Below, piece after piece: positions 1-8,502 of a DNA stretch of 51,450 nucleotides. Origin of the DNA: a virus (taxonomy: Duplodnaviria > Heunggongvirae > Uroviricota > Caudoviricetes). Made by a program: the position numbers and the translations under genes. Location: the IMG/VR virus record IMGVR_UViG_2617271050_000002, one strand, 5' to 3'. Each line of letters begins with the position of its first letter. The first letter of the stretch is position 1. The notes under the pieces are model-generated. The model was not told the DNA's origin and made no database searches. It saw nothing but the letters and a program-made list of their open reading frames with translations.

Positions 1-19
1 CTATTTGATAAATATTAAA

Positions 20-1300
20 TTAATTTTTCATTGCTTCGTTATGGGGCATGGTTGGGGCAAACTCGCTTAACTGTGTATTTAACAAAGCTACCTGTGCATT
101 ATTGTTTTCAGACATCCATTTTCCGTATACCTGAAATACCATTTGCGCATCTGCATGGCCCATCTGGTTTGCTATAAATGCCGGGTTAGCACCAGCTGTC
201 AGCGACCAGCAGGCATAAGTATGTCTCGACTGATATGATTTTCGATGGCGGAGTCCGGCACGTTTTATCGCTGCGTCCCACATCTGCCTTATTGAGTCAA
301 CGGTAAAATGGTCACCATAATTTTTTACTCTCGCTGACACTTCAGGTTGAAAAACAAAGGTGCATTTTTGTTTTTCTGTTCTGCCATACTCTCTGAGGTG
401 AACATCAATGATATGCTCTTTGCTCAGTCTCGTTAATGTCATCTGACTCCGGAGAGCGTCGATTGCTGGCTTAATAAGATGAATGACCCGATTGGTTCCC
501 GCCTGTGTTTTTGGTACCGTGAAACGGTCTTTTGCTAAATTTCTCCTGATCATCATTGTTCCATTTTTCAGATCTACGTCCTCCCATCCAAGTGCACACA
601 GCTCACCAGGGCGAACTCCAGTATAAACAGAAACACACCATAAATTTTTTGCTTGCTGATTTCTGCACGCATCGATAAGACGGATAAATTCTTCCCGCGA
701 AAGAGGATCCGGAATGGTTCTTGATTCCTTTAATGGCGAGATCCCCTTAAACGGATTATCTGCCAGGTAACCGTTATCAACACCAAACTGGAACACGGCG
801 TTAAGATTTGTCATGTAATTATTTACAGTTACAGCCGATCTCCCTGGTTGTGTAACAATATAGTTACTTTTGGGGATCTGGTATCCAGTCAGTAACTCTT
901 TACGAACCTCCAGTAATTTTTCTTTATTAATCGATGAGGCAAGATTTTTTTCACCGATTATGCTCAGGATATTTTTGATGACGGCACGGTATGTGTTGAG
1001 TGATGTTTTGGCGACTTCAGTTTCTTTCAGTGCCAGAAATTTTTCAGCCAGTTCTTTTATGGTTAAATCTTGTCGGGCCTCACCAAATTTTTCCAGATTG
1101 CGTGAGGAGGGAAACTGTTTTGCATAGTCGAAAACACCAGTTTTTATTGCGTAACAAACAGAGGAGCGTAGTTCACCTGCAACGCGCCTGTTTTTTGCTG
1201 TGTCAGGAACCCCCAGATTTTCCCTGACTCTTACGTCTTTATAAACAAACCAGATACGTAATTTCCCTCCATGGTTTTCCACGCCTGTCGGATATTTCAT
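20..1300 (-). CDS. int: Phage integrase, tyrosine recombinase
   Basis: Minus-strand ORF (track 20..1315, 431 aa). C-terminus carries the tyrosine-recombinase box II pattern (RHTYA ... MGH ... Y). The internal ATG at 1300 has a better purine-rich RBS than the ATG at 1315. Position at the prophage edge next to an Xis-like ORF. Confidence 0.85.
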   Translation of the reverse strand: MKYPTGVENHGGKLRIWFVYKDVRVRENLGVPDTAKNRRVAGELRSSVCYAIKTGVFDYAKQFPSSRNLEKFGEARQDLTIKELAEKFLALKETEVAKTSLNTYRAVIKNILSIIGEKNLASSINKEKLLEVRKELLTGYQIPKSNYIVTQPGRSAVTVNNYMTNLNAVFQFGVDNGYLADNPFKGISPLKESRTIPDPLSREEFIRLIDACRNQQAKNLWCVSVYTGVRPGELCALGWEDVDLKNGTMMIRRNLAKDRFTVPKTQAGTNRVIHLIKPAIDALRSQMTLTRLSKEHIIDVHLREYGRTEKQKCTFVFQPEVSARVKNYGDHFTVDSIRQMWDAAIKRAGLRHRKSYQSRHTYACWSLTAGANPAFIANQMGHADAQMVFQVYGKWMSENNNAQVALLNTQLSEFAPTMPHNEAMKN

Positions 1301-1334
1301 TTCAACTTCTCTCATTAGTTAGTGTGGCTTTTAG

Positions 1335-1586
1335 TCAAGTAAGATGACGTCTTGGTCTCGCTGATGCCTGGCGCTCAATCCAGCGATCAATTTCTTCCAG
1401 GTTGTAAAAGCATGGACTGTTATCCCATGGCATACCGTCATGAGCGACATGCTTATATTCCCTTCCTTCCATAAACGATTTTTCCCGGGCCTTTTTTAAC
1501 GTACCTTTTTTTATTCCTTTCAGCGCAATTAACTGCTCTTCGGATACCCATTTGCCGGGAGAGACAATCATGATTACTTCGCTCAT
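1335..1586 (-). CDS. xis: Excisionase-like small DNA-binding protein
   Basis: 83-aa basic ORF immediately upstream of int on the same strand; size and position typical of lambdoid Xis. Assigned by context, not by a recognised motif. Confidence 0.5.
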   Translation of the reverse strand: MSEVIMIVSPGKWVSEEQLIALKGIKKGTLKKAREKSFMEGREYKHVAHDGMPWDNSPCFYNLEEIDRWIERQASARPRRHLT

Positions 1587-1658
1587 CGATTTCTTTATCT
1601 CTTACATCAGACGAGCGCCGGTTGCAGAATACCAGTCACAACCGGCGACAGTTGAACA

Positions 1659-4130
1659 TTAAGAATCAGCCTGACTCGGGATCAGTTTTTGCCAGATAAC
1701 TGAAACGTATTTTGCCTGGTAACGGGCGTCATCAAGTGCATTATGGCGCTCACCTTCGAATGGAATAGCCGTTCTGGCATCGAAGTCTATGGCTTTCCCC
1801 AGCTCAACGATTGTGCGTACATCGCGATCGTTGTAGTAACGCCACGGGCAGGGGATCCCCTGCCGTTCGTATGAACGGCGCAAAATCGTGTTGTCGAAGT
1901 TGGCTCCATTTCCCCAAACCTGAACAAAAAATTCACCGGAGTTTTCGTCGATAAATTCTCGCAATTGTAACAGTGCATCATCTAACGGGATTTCATCGGT
2001 CATAATGGCAGATTGCGCTTCGCGTGATTGCTTAAGCCACCATTTAATGGTGTCCCGATCAATGACTCCGCCAGCAGTTTCCAGATCGATAGTCTTACTA
2101 AATTCCGGTCCCATATCTCCGGTTTGCGGATCGAAAAATATTGCACCTATTGAGATGATCGGGGCATCAGGATTTTTTCCCATGGTTTCAAGGTCGATCA
2201 TTAGATGGTCACACGTCCTGCTGGTGGATGTGATTTCGTGATGACCGTTCACCTTAATTGGGTGATCTGCCGTCTCGCCAGTTTCATTATCGCTATTGTG
2301 ATGCTGATTGCCGCCAGTGTTCTCCTTGTGTGGATGTTCAGCGCCTTCCATTTCCTCCGGATCATCTTCCTGAACTTCAACCTGATACTCTTCATCGAAT
2401 GTTTCTTGGTATGTTGCGTCGCCCATCACCGCGCCACAATCAGGGCAGTTGCCGCCGCCGGTCTGACCGCAGGCGGTGCAGACTTTTTCCACTTCCTGTT
2501 GCGCTACTGGTTCAGGCTGTTTCGTTTCTGGCTCGTTTTGTAACGCATTTGGACTGTTTTGTTCCGCTTTTTGGTAGTTCCGTTCCGATTCATGCTGGTT
2601 CTGGTTCACAGAATCGCGGGTCTGGAGCCCCTTAACCCATTTCGGATCATTCGGGTCACTAATCCCTTCAACAAATTCACCACGTGATGCAGCAAGCAAC
2701 TTATCGGCGTCAGGCTGGCTGATATTGGCTGCCTGCATAATTTTGTTTACTTCGTCAGCGGTAACTTTTATCGGCTCTGGTTGTTCTGAATCTTCAGCGG
2801 TATCTACATTTTGCGGTAAGCCCGTGTATGTGCCATTTTTTCGGGCAAAATATTCTTCTTTTGTGATTTCAGTGGCGCCAGCAGCCAGTGCCTTATCCAG
2901 ACCAGAGAGTTTGTTTGCGCGACCGTATTTTTCTCCGTCCTTATCTGCGAAGAGGAAATAGAACGGCCCCTCACGCTCTACAGATGGTTCAGCTTCCGGC
3001 GCGGTTTCATTTTTTGGGATATCAGATACCTCAGTTTCCACTGCATCAGTTTGTGTTTCTGATGACTGGAGAACATCAACAGTGCCCAGGTCTGTTTCTT
3101 CATTCTCAAACACGCCCTTTGTCGTCAGGTATTCGCAGATATATTTGTTCAGTGCTACGGGATCTTTGTGAATGTCGATCGGACGCTCACGGACAAGGCC
3201 AAAAATAGTTTGGCGGTCGTAGCGAAGGGCATCAGGCTGTTTGCGCATTGATGCCGAGATACGCTTCCAGTCTTCGCGGTCGTTGTCGATAACTTCTTTT
3301 TTTGCCCAGCGATGGATGCTGCCGTCAATGTTTCCGGCATCCACATCACTAGGCCAGAGAGCGTAGGCCAGTTCGTCATCCAGTGTTTTCCATGTCTGCT
3401 TGTATTCGCGATGAATGGCAGCAATGACCGGGCTGATTTTTCCTGTTGAATTTTCAGTGTACTGTTGATTGGCTCTGGCGCGGGCGAGATCAACAACAGA
3501 CGTGTATTTTCCGGTTTCCTTGCGTTCACCTTCGCGACGTTTTTTCCAGATGCGCATCTCTGCCTGAATTTCGGGCCATTTAGCACCAGGAATACATTTA
3601 TGCTTAACCCACCCAATGGCGTGCAACTTAAGCTCCGGATACATGGCGTTAACTTCTGGCATTTTCATCAACGCTTCAACGATATGTCCGTCGAATGTTG
3701 CCATGTCTTCCTGCAACAATTCCTGTGCGCTAATAACCATATCAACGGTGATGTTTTCACATGTGTCGAACTTAACCATGACAGCGTTCTGTACTTCAGG
3801 GGCCAGCTTGTCAAAAGTGACGTTCATCGGATCGGATTCAGTCTCAACCGGGACAAAAGAAGCAGACTCCTCATCCCAGCGGTTTTCCTGCATATATTCA
3901 GCATCCCATGAATCGAGGGCAGGGCGGGGTATGCCAGGTTTATCCTCGCAGACAATAAATTTATAAGCGCAGTCCTGAGCAGCCGGATAATGTTCCAGGA
4001 ATTGCCAGTGAAATTTTGCTCGAGCACGGCGTTCGTCGCCAGCTTCAATGGCTGTGGCTACAGCCACAGCGCCTTCTTCCCTTGTTGCCAGTTCGTCAGG
4101 AATAGCGGCGCAAATAAAGACTTTACTCAT
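1659..4130 (-). CDS. Large prophage exonuclease with C-terminal DnaQ-like (DEDDh) 3'-5' exonuclease domain (YdfE-like)
   Basis: Track ORF 1659..4166. C-terminal ~180 aa has Exo I (MIDLETMG) and Exo III (HNALDDARYQ) motifs. Central acidic linker and a CxxC...CxxC zinc-ribbon-like segment. The ATG at 4130 (MSKVF) has a GAGG RBS, so it is the preferred start. Confidence 0.75.
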   Translation of the reverse strand: MSKVFICAAIPDELATREEGAVAVATAIEAGDERRARAKFHWQFLEHYPAAQDCAYKFIVCEDKPGIPRPALDSWDAEYMQENRWDEESASFVPVETESDPMNVTFDKLAPEVQNAVMVKFDTCENITVDMVISAQELLQEDMATFDGHIVEALMKMPEVNAMYPELKLHAIGWVKHKCIPGAKWPEIQAEMRIWKKRREGERKETGKYTSVVDLARARANQQYTENSTGKISPVIAAIHREYKQTWKTLDDELAYALWPSDVDAGNIDGSIHRWAKKEVIDNDREDWKRISASMRKQPDALRYDRQTIFGLVRERPIDIHKDPVALNKYICEYLTTKGVFENEETDLGTVDVLQSSETQTDAVETEVSDIPKNETAPEAEPSVEREGPFYFLFADKDGEKYGRANKLSGLDKALAAGATEITKEEYFARKNGTYTGLPQNVDTAEDSEQPEPIKVTADEVNKIMQAANISQPDADKLLAASRGEFVEGISDPNDPKWVKGLQTRDSVNQNQHESERNYQKAEQNSPNALQNEPETKQPEPVAQQEVEKVCTACGQTGGGNCPDCGAVMGDATYQETFDEEYQVEVQEDDPEEMEGAEHPHKENTGGNQHHNSDNETGETADHPIKVNGHHEITSTSRTCDHLMIDLETMGKNPDAPIISIGAIFFDPQTGDMGPEFSKTIDLETAGGVIDRDTIKWWLKQSREAQSAIMTDEIPLDDALLQLREFIDENSGEFFVQVWGNGANFDNTILRRSYERQGIPCPWRYYNDRDVRTIVELGKAIDFDARTAIPFEGERHNALDDARYQAKYVSVIWQKLIPSQADS

Positions 4131-4222
4131 TTGTTTTAACCTCATGACAGATTTAAGGATGAACAAATCCCTGCCATTGCTGGCATATAAGAATGAAACC
4201 GGATATTTATTACGGAACTGTT

Positions 4223-4414
4223 TTAAAGACCTGCCGGGATTTCGATATTATCCTGGTGAATAACTTTATCGACCGGGTAACAGTTACCGGGAATTTTCTG
4301 TTCGGTTGCTGCAGTCATACACTCCTGCATTGTCCTGTGAACACTGACTGCAATATCAACTGGCTCTCCGGAAACAAGAAAAACTGTCAGAACAAGCACA
4401 AATGCTGAATTCAT
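4223..4414 (-). CDS. ydfD: YdfD-like small lysis/kil-type protein (63 aa) with N-terminal hydrophobic segment
   Basis: Internal start (MNSAFVLVLTVFLVSG...) of track ORF 4223..4468. Length and sequence match my recollection of K-12 Qin YdfD. Sits directly downstream of dicB. Confidence 0.6.
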   Translation of the reverse strand: MNSAFVLVLTVFLVSGEPVDIAVSVHRTMQECMTAATEQKIPGNCYPVDKVIHQDNIEIPAGL

Positions 4415-4599
4415 TGTGCACATCCTTTTGGCATCAGACGTAAACGAGCCAGCATTGAAACAATGCATATTTTATTTAATAGCTCCCGTTCTTGTTTTCT
4501 CTTGTTAATGGCATCTTCAGTAAATACTGGGTTACTGATAGTGACACCAATTTCAAAACAACCTTCAGACGTATTAACGTTTGGTAATAACGTTTTCAT
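4411..4599 (-). CDS. dicB: Cell-division inhibitor DicB (62 aa)
   Basis: Internal start (MKTLLPNVNTSEGCFEIGVTISNPVF...) of track ORF 4411..4704. Matches recalled DicB sequence and its position after DicF. Confidence 0.7.
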   Translation of the reverse strand: MKTLLPNVNTSEGCFEIGVTISNPVFTEDAINKRKQERELLNKICIVSMLARLRLMPKGCAQ

Positions 4600-4768
4600 T
4601 ATCGCGTCCTCAACAATGAATTTTGTGATGCAGTGCCTGGTGCCTCCAGGTGACGTTAACCAGTTAACAATTAACGCCGGATACAGAGAATCCACCCATA
4701 ACACTGTTTTGGGTTTTAACTGTTCCGCGTGCGCTCAGCCGCATTCACCACATCACAAAATTCACTTT

Positions 4769-4826
4769 AAAAAGGGCGGCAGAGCAGTCACGGAGTAAAA
4801 CTGATACCGCCAAACGTCACCAGAAA
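4769..4826 (-). ncRNA. dicF: DicF small RNA (ftsZ translational inhibitor) with intrinsic terminator
   Basis: Minus-strand sequence reads UUUCUGGUGACGUUUGGCGGUAUCAGUUUUACUCCGUGACUGCUCUGCCGCCCUUUUU, which matches DicF as I recall it. Lies between ydfC and dicB as in K-12. Ends in a GC stem plus U-tract. Confidence 0.7.
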
Positions 4827-5166
4827 ATTGATAACAGAGGGCGTTGCAGCGGGGTTGTCACTTAAGCGTATGGTCAACCTGACAACCCGGTGTCCTCAAC
4901 GGGGAAGGAATAACCCCGCCATACTTACCGCCGCGCCATTTCGCGGGTTGCCACAACCGGAAGCGCACGGTCGACGAAAATTTAACGACAGGCTATCTAT
5001 GAACCAGCTACCTCGCCGTGCGCTTTCGCGTTATGGTCTGACTTTTCAGGGAAATATCCTTTCAGTAAACTGTCAGTTCCGGATGCGCACCCGTGTCCGG
5101 CGCACGCACTCCACCTCACCCGTGGAGAACTCCTTAATTACTAACCTTAGCTTTGTTGATTAGCTA

Positions 5167-5385
5167 CTAACGCGGGTATGTAATCATTCTGGCAATGCTT
5201 AATGCCGCTGCTTTTTCCAGATTGGTGATATCCTGCTCCAGAGCGGACAGATTTTCAGCCTGCTTAGCCCTGGCTTCATTAGCCCATTTCAGATCCTGCG
5301 CTGCATTAATTTTCTGGCGCATCCACTCATAAAGTTCATCATCGGTATAGTCTGGCGCGATGATGACGGGTTCTCGTTTCTGCAT
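5167..5385 (-). CDS. ydfC: YdfC-like small protein (72 aa)
   Basis: Track ORF; position upstream of DicF in the dicB operon; length matches K-12 YdfC from memory. Confidence 0.55.
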   Translation of the reverse strand: MQKREPVIIAPDYTDDELYEWMRQKINAAQDLKWANEARAKQAENLSALEQDITNLEKAAALSIARMITYPR

Positions 5386-5414
5386 ACTGATTCCTCGCGG
5401 TGCTGTTTCGCTTA

Positions 5415-5542
5415 TCAGCCGTTAGATTTTGCCGAACTGGAAAGCGCCTGTTTAAACTCACTGAAGCTGAGAGCTTCTTCGCCTTCGGCAAGGCCTTCGA
5501 AGTATTCTTCGTAAGCCTTTTCCATGATTGTGTCGAAATCCA
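5415..5542 (-). CDS. ydfB: YdfB-like small protein (42 aa)
   Basis: Hand-translated from the minus strand (MDFDTIMEKAYEEYFEGLAEGEEALSFSEFKQALSSSAKSNG); below the 60-aa track threshold. Its start overlaps the stop of the upstream ORF (TGAtATG coupling). Confidence 0.5.
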
Positions 5543-5544
5543 TA

Positions 5545-5700
5545 TCACTCACCTGAGTTTCTTTCCAGCCAGCGACGGGCACCATTTTCGGTTTTAAACG
5601 TTTTGCTTTTGGTATACGTCATTGCGGTGAACGTGCCGTCCTGGTTTGGAAACACGCCGTACACCAGAGATTCGTTGTTGCCAAGATCGATAGTATCCAT
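5545..5700 (-). CDS. ydfA: YdfA-like small protein (51 aa)
   Basis: Internal start (MDTIDLGNNESLVYGVFPNQDG...) of track ORF 5545..5778, with an RBS-like GAGG upstream. First gene downstream of dicA on the same strand. Confidence 0.5.
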   Translation of the reverse strand: MDTIDLGNNESLVYGVFPNQDGTFTAMTYTKSKTFKTENGARRWLERNSGE

Positions 5701-5866
5701 GCTGACCTCATTTCCCCTTAACGCTGGGGTAGCGGAACTGTTTGCTGAGAACACCGTGCGGTGTGTTGATGCAAACAAGATTAGCCATGACTAACATATC
5801 GGTCAAGTGATTTTGTATGCTATAGCTAACATAATTGATGTGGTAAAAGATAACTCATTGATGATG

Positions 5867-6274
5867 TTATCTTTTATTTGTCCGCTGACGGGCTTTTAGT
5901 AATTCTTCAAAGAGTTTATTGAAGTTTTTTACTCGAGCTCGCATTTCGGCGAGCTGGGTATCCTGTTCTGATTCTGGCAGTGCATTAAACAGCTCAAGGA
6001 GCTCTAGTTCTTTGGGGGATAAGGCAACTGGCTTCTCAACAGGTGGTGTTGGTTGCTTGTCTTCATCGCCAAATAGAATCCATGTTGGTGAGCATTGCAA
6101 TACTTTGCTGAGGGCAAAAAGGTTCTTCCCTGTAGGTTCACTATCACCCCGTTCCCATTGTGATACAGACACATGGGAGATTTTCAGGGCTTTAGCAAGA
6201 GACCTTTGGGTGTGTTTGAGGTTTTTCCGACGATACCTGATGCGTTCGCCGATAGTTAAATTTTTTGTTTCCAT
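5867..6274 (-). CDS. dicA: Prophage repressor DicA (cI-like HTH_XRE, 135 aa, no peptidase S24 domain)
   Basis: N-terminal XRE helix-turn-helix (TQRSLAKALKISHVSVSQWERG); 135 aa; divergent from a Cro-like gene. Matches recalled DicA. Confidence 0.85.
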   Translation of the reverse strand: METKNLTIGERIRYRRKNLKHTQRSLAKALKISHVSVSQWERGDSEPTGKNLFALSKVLQCSPTWILFGDEDKQPTPPVEKPVALSPKELELLELFNALPESEQDTQLAEMRARVKNFNKLFEELLKARQRTNKR

Positions 6275-6357
6275 AGTTAGCTAATGCTAAATCGTATTGA
6301 CTATGTTTTTGTTAACATCTATCTTGTTAGTTATGACTAACAATAAAGGTGTTTTAA
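6275..6357. promoter_or_regulatory. Divergent dicA/dicC promoter-operator region
   Basis: 83-bp intergenic region between divergent repressor genes. Contains a palindromic TAGTTAGCTAA (6274-6284) and a near-palindromic TTGTTAGTTATGACTAACAA (6325-6344). Confidence 0.5.
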
Positions 6358-6588
6358 ATGCTTAAAACTGACGCTCTTTTGTATTTCGGTTCAAAAACAA
6401 AACTTGCACAAGCAGCAGGTATTCGTTTGGCTTCGCTTTATAGCTGGAAAGGGGATTTAGTTCCCGAAGGTCGCGCGATGCGTCTACAGGAGGCATCTGG
6501 CGGGGAGCTTCAGTATGATCCCAAAGTTTATGATGAATATCGTAAGACGAAGCGGGCGGGGCGGTTGAACAATGAAAATCACTCCTGA
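6358..6588 (+). CDS. dicC: Cro-like regulator DicC (76 aa)
   Basis: 76-aa ORF divergent from dicA; matches recalled DicC sequence. Confidence 0.8.
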   Translation: MLKTDALLYFGSKTKLAQAAGIRLASLYSWKGDLVPEGRAMRLQEASGGELQYDPKVYDEYRKTKRAGRLNNENHS

Positions 6589-7093
6589 ACAGGCTCGTGA
6601 GGCTCTGGATGCCTGGATATGTCGACCAGGAATGACACAGGAGCAGGCGACGATATTAATCACTGAAGCATTCTGGGCTTTGAAAGAGCGCCCGAACATC
6701 GATGTTCAGCGTGTCACATATGAAGGTGGCGCGATTGATCAGCGAGCGCTTGGCGTTAATCGAGTGAAGATATTTGAACGCTGGAAGGCTATCGACACCA
6801 GGGATAAGCGTGAAAAGTTCACGGCGCTAGTGCCTGCAATTATGGAGGCTATCCGGATTAATGATTTCAGGTTGTATCGTGAAATTACTGACGGAAAAAG
6901 CATCACGTGCATGATCGCCGGGTTAAACAAAGAATATGGCGATGTGGTGGAGTCCGGACTGCTTTTTGCTGATCCTGCCGTAGTGGATCGTGAAACTGAC
7001 GAACTTATAGAAAAAGCAATTGCTTTCAAACTTGCGTATCGACAGCAATACCAACAAAAAGCTGGATGGAATTATGAGCCTTCTTTTTGCTGA
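6572..7093 (+). CDS. Hypothetical protein in the cII-equivalent position
   Basis: 173-aa ORF overlapping the dicC stop by 17 nt and the replication gene start by 20 nt. No motif recognised. Confidence 0.5.
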   Translation: MKITPEQAREALDAWICRPGMTQEQATILITEAFWALKERPNIDVQRVTYEGGAIDQRALGVNRVKIFERWKAIDTRDKREKFTALVPAIMEAIRINDFRLYREITDGKSITCMIAGLNKEYGDVVESGLLFADPAVVDRETDELIEKAIAFKLAYRQQYQQKAGWNYEPSFC

Positions 7094-8039
7094 ACGCCCA
7101 CTGGTTATAAACACGCAGCTGGCAATGAAAATTGGCTTAAACGAAGCCATTGTTTTGCAACAACTGCACTACTGGTTGAGAGATACCAACTCCGGCATGG
7201 AATGTGATGGTGTTCGCTGGATTTATAACACAACGGAACAATGGCTGGAACAGTTCCCATTCTGGTCAGAGTCAACGTTAAAGCGCGCGTTTGCAAGTCT
7301 GAAAACGCTGGGGCTTTTGCGTTGTGAAAAGCTCAATAAATCAAAGCGCGATATGACCAATTTCTACACGATCAACTATGGGAGCGAGCTTTTAGATGGT
7401 GGCAAATTGAGCGAATCCATCGGTTCAAAATGCGCCGCTCCATCAGGTCAAAATGACACGATGGAAGAGGTCAAAATGAAACGCTCCATTGGTTCAAAAC
7501 GACCCAATGTCATCGGGTCAAAATGGCCTGATGATCTTACAGAGAATACAACAGAGATTACTACAGAGAATAAAAACACTTTTCGTCCGGAAGCTTCGCA
7601 ACCGGACCCGCAGACGACTGAACAGGATTTTTTAACCCGGAACTCCGACGCGGTTGTGTTTAGTGCGAAAAAACGCCAGTGGGGTAGCAGGGAGGATTTG
7701 GCGTGTGCGCAGTGGATCTGGGGGCGGATCGTGGGTCTCTACGAACAGGCAGCCAGTGATGATGGCGAGATCATGCGACCAAAAGAGCCTAACTGGACTG
7801 CCTGGGCCAATGACGTGCGCACAATGCGGATGCTGGATGGCAGAAGCCACAGACAAATTTGCGAAATGTTTGGTCGGGTTCAGCGAGATCCATTCTGGGT
7901 AAAAAACATCATGAGCCCGTCAAAGCTCCGCGAAAAATGGGACGAACTGGTCATCCGCCTGGGACGTTCACCTGTACAGCGTTGTGTTAATCATATTTCT
8001 GAACCGGATACAGAAATTCCGCCTGGTTTCAGAGGATAA
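7074..8039 (+). CDS. Replication initiation protein (lambda O-like replisome organiser)
   Basis: Track ORF 7020..8039; the internal ATG at 7074 (MSLLFAERPL...) is the likely start. Winged-helix-like N-terminus. The gene contains an iteron array whose translation gives the IGSK-type peptide repeats. Confidence 0.7.
   Translation: MSLLFAERPLVINTQLAMKIGLNEAIVLQQLHYWLRDTNSGMECDGVRWIYNTTEQWLEQFPFWSESTLKRAFASLKTLGLLRCEKLNKSKRDMTNFYTINYGSELLDGGKLSESIGSKCAAPSGQNDTMEEVKMKRSIGSKRPNVIGSKWPDDLTENTTEITTENKNTFRPEASQPDPQTTEQDFLTRNSDAVVFSAKKRQWGSREDLACAQWIWGRIVGLYEQAASDDGEIMRPKEPNWTAWANDVRTMRMLDGRSHRQICEMFGRVQRDPFWVKNIMSPSKLREKWDELVIRLGRSPVQRCVNHISEPDTEIPPGFRG
7415..7525 (+). repeat. Origin iterons: five direct repeats of GGT(C/T)AAAA(T/C)G at ~23-bp spacing
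   Basis: Repeat cores end at 7432, 7455, 7478, 7501 and 7525; followed by an A/T-rich stretch at ~7530-7590. Architecture is like lambda ori inside the O gene. Confidence 0.6.
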
Positions 8040-8079
8040 GTGTTGATTTCAGGTCATGAGGTAATTTTAAGGGGGACTT

Positions 8080-8502
8080 GTGGCAAAAGTTTTTACACAA
8101 GAAGAGCGGGAAAAAATTAAATGGCAGGTGGTGGAACTCGTGCGCCAGAGCGGCCGTGAGACGTTACGGCAACTGGAAGCTAAAACAGGTGCGACTAGAT
8201 ATCTGATGAGCGTTCTTGCCAGAGAGCTGGTAGCCAGTGGCGATGTATACAACTCCGGCTACGGGTTATTCCCCTCTGAACAGGCGCGTAAGGACTGGCA
8301 AAACGCCCGCAAAAAACTCTCGAGGGCAAAGGTGAAGAAACCTGCTGTGGTTGATCCGGACCTTATCTGGTCATCACCTGACGGAGAAATACGTCGCTAC
8401 GACAGTCGCCTAAACATAATCTGTCGCGAGTGCCGGAAGAGCGAAGTTATGCAGCGCATACTGGCTTTCTATCAGGGTAATTTTCAGGACGTGGCGCAGT
8501 GA
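8080..8502 (+). CDS. Hypothetical protein (GTG start)
   Basis: 140-aa ORF with an AAGGGGG RBS; its stop overlaps the start of the methyltransferase-like ORF (ATGA). Confidence 0.5.
   Translation: MAKVFTQEEREKIKWQVVELVRQSGRETLRQLEAKTGATRYLMSVLARELVASGDVYNSGYGLFPSEQARKDWQNARKKLSRAKVKKPAVVDPDLIWSSPDGEIRRYDSRLNIICRECRKSEVMQRILAFYQGNFQDVAQ

Noticed and set aside
4828-5163. 111-aa plus-strand ORF
   Set aside because: It lies opposite the dicB operon leader and DicF precursor region; no RBS and it is Arg-rich. The region is better explained as an antisense shadow of the processed operon transcript.
5339-5548. 69-aa minus-strand track ORF
   Set aside because: A different frame of the same strand encodes the 42-aa YdfB-like peptide with translational coupling to the upstream gene; the 69-aa product is basic low-complexity sequence.
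7415-7525. Possible CRISPR-like array (short direct repeats at regular spacing)
   Set aside because: Repeats are only ~10-12 bp at 23-bp spacing, lie inside a coding sequence, and have no unique spacers of CRISPR size; they are origin iterons.
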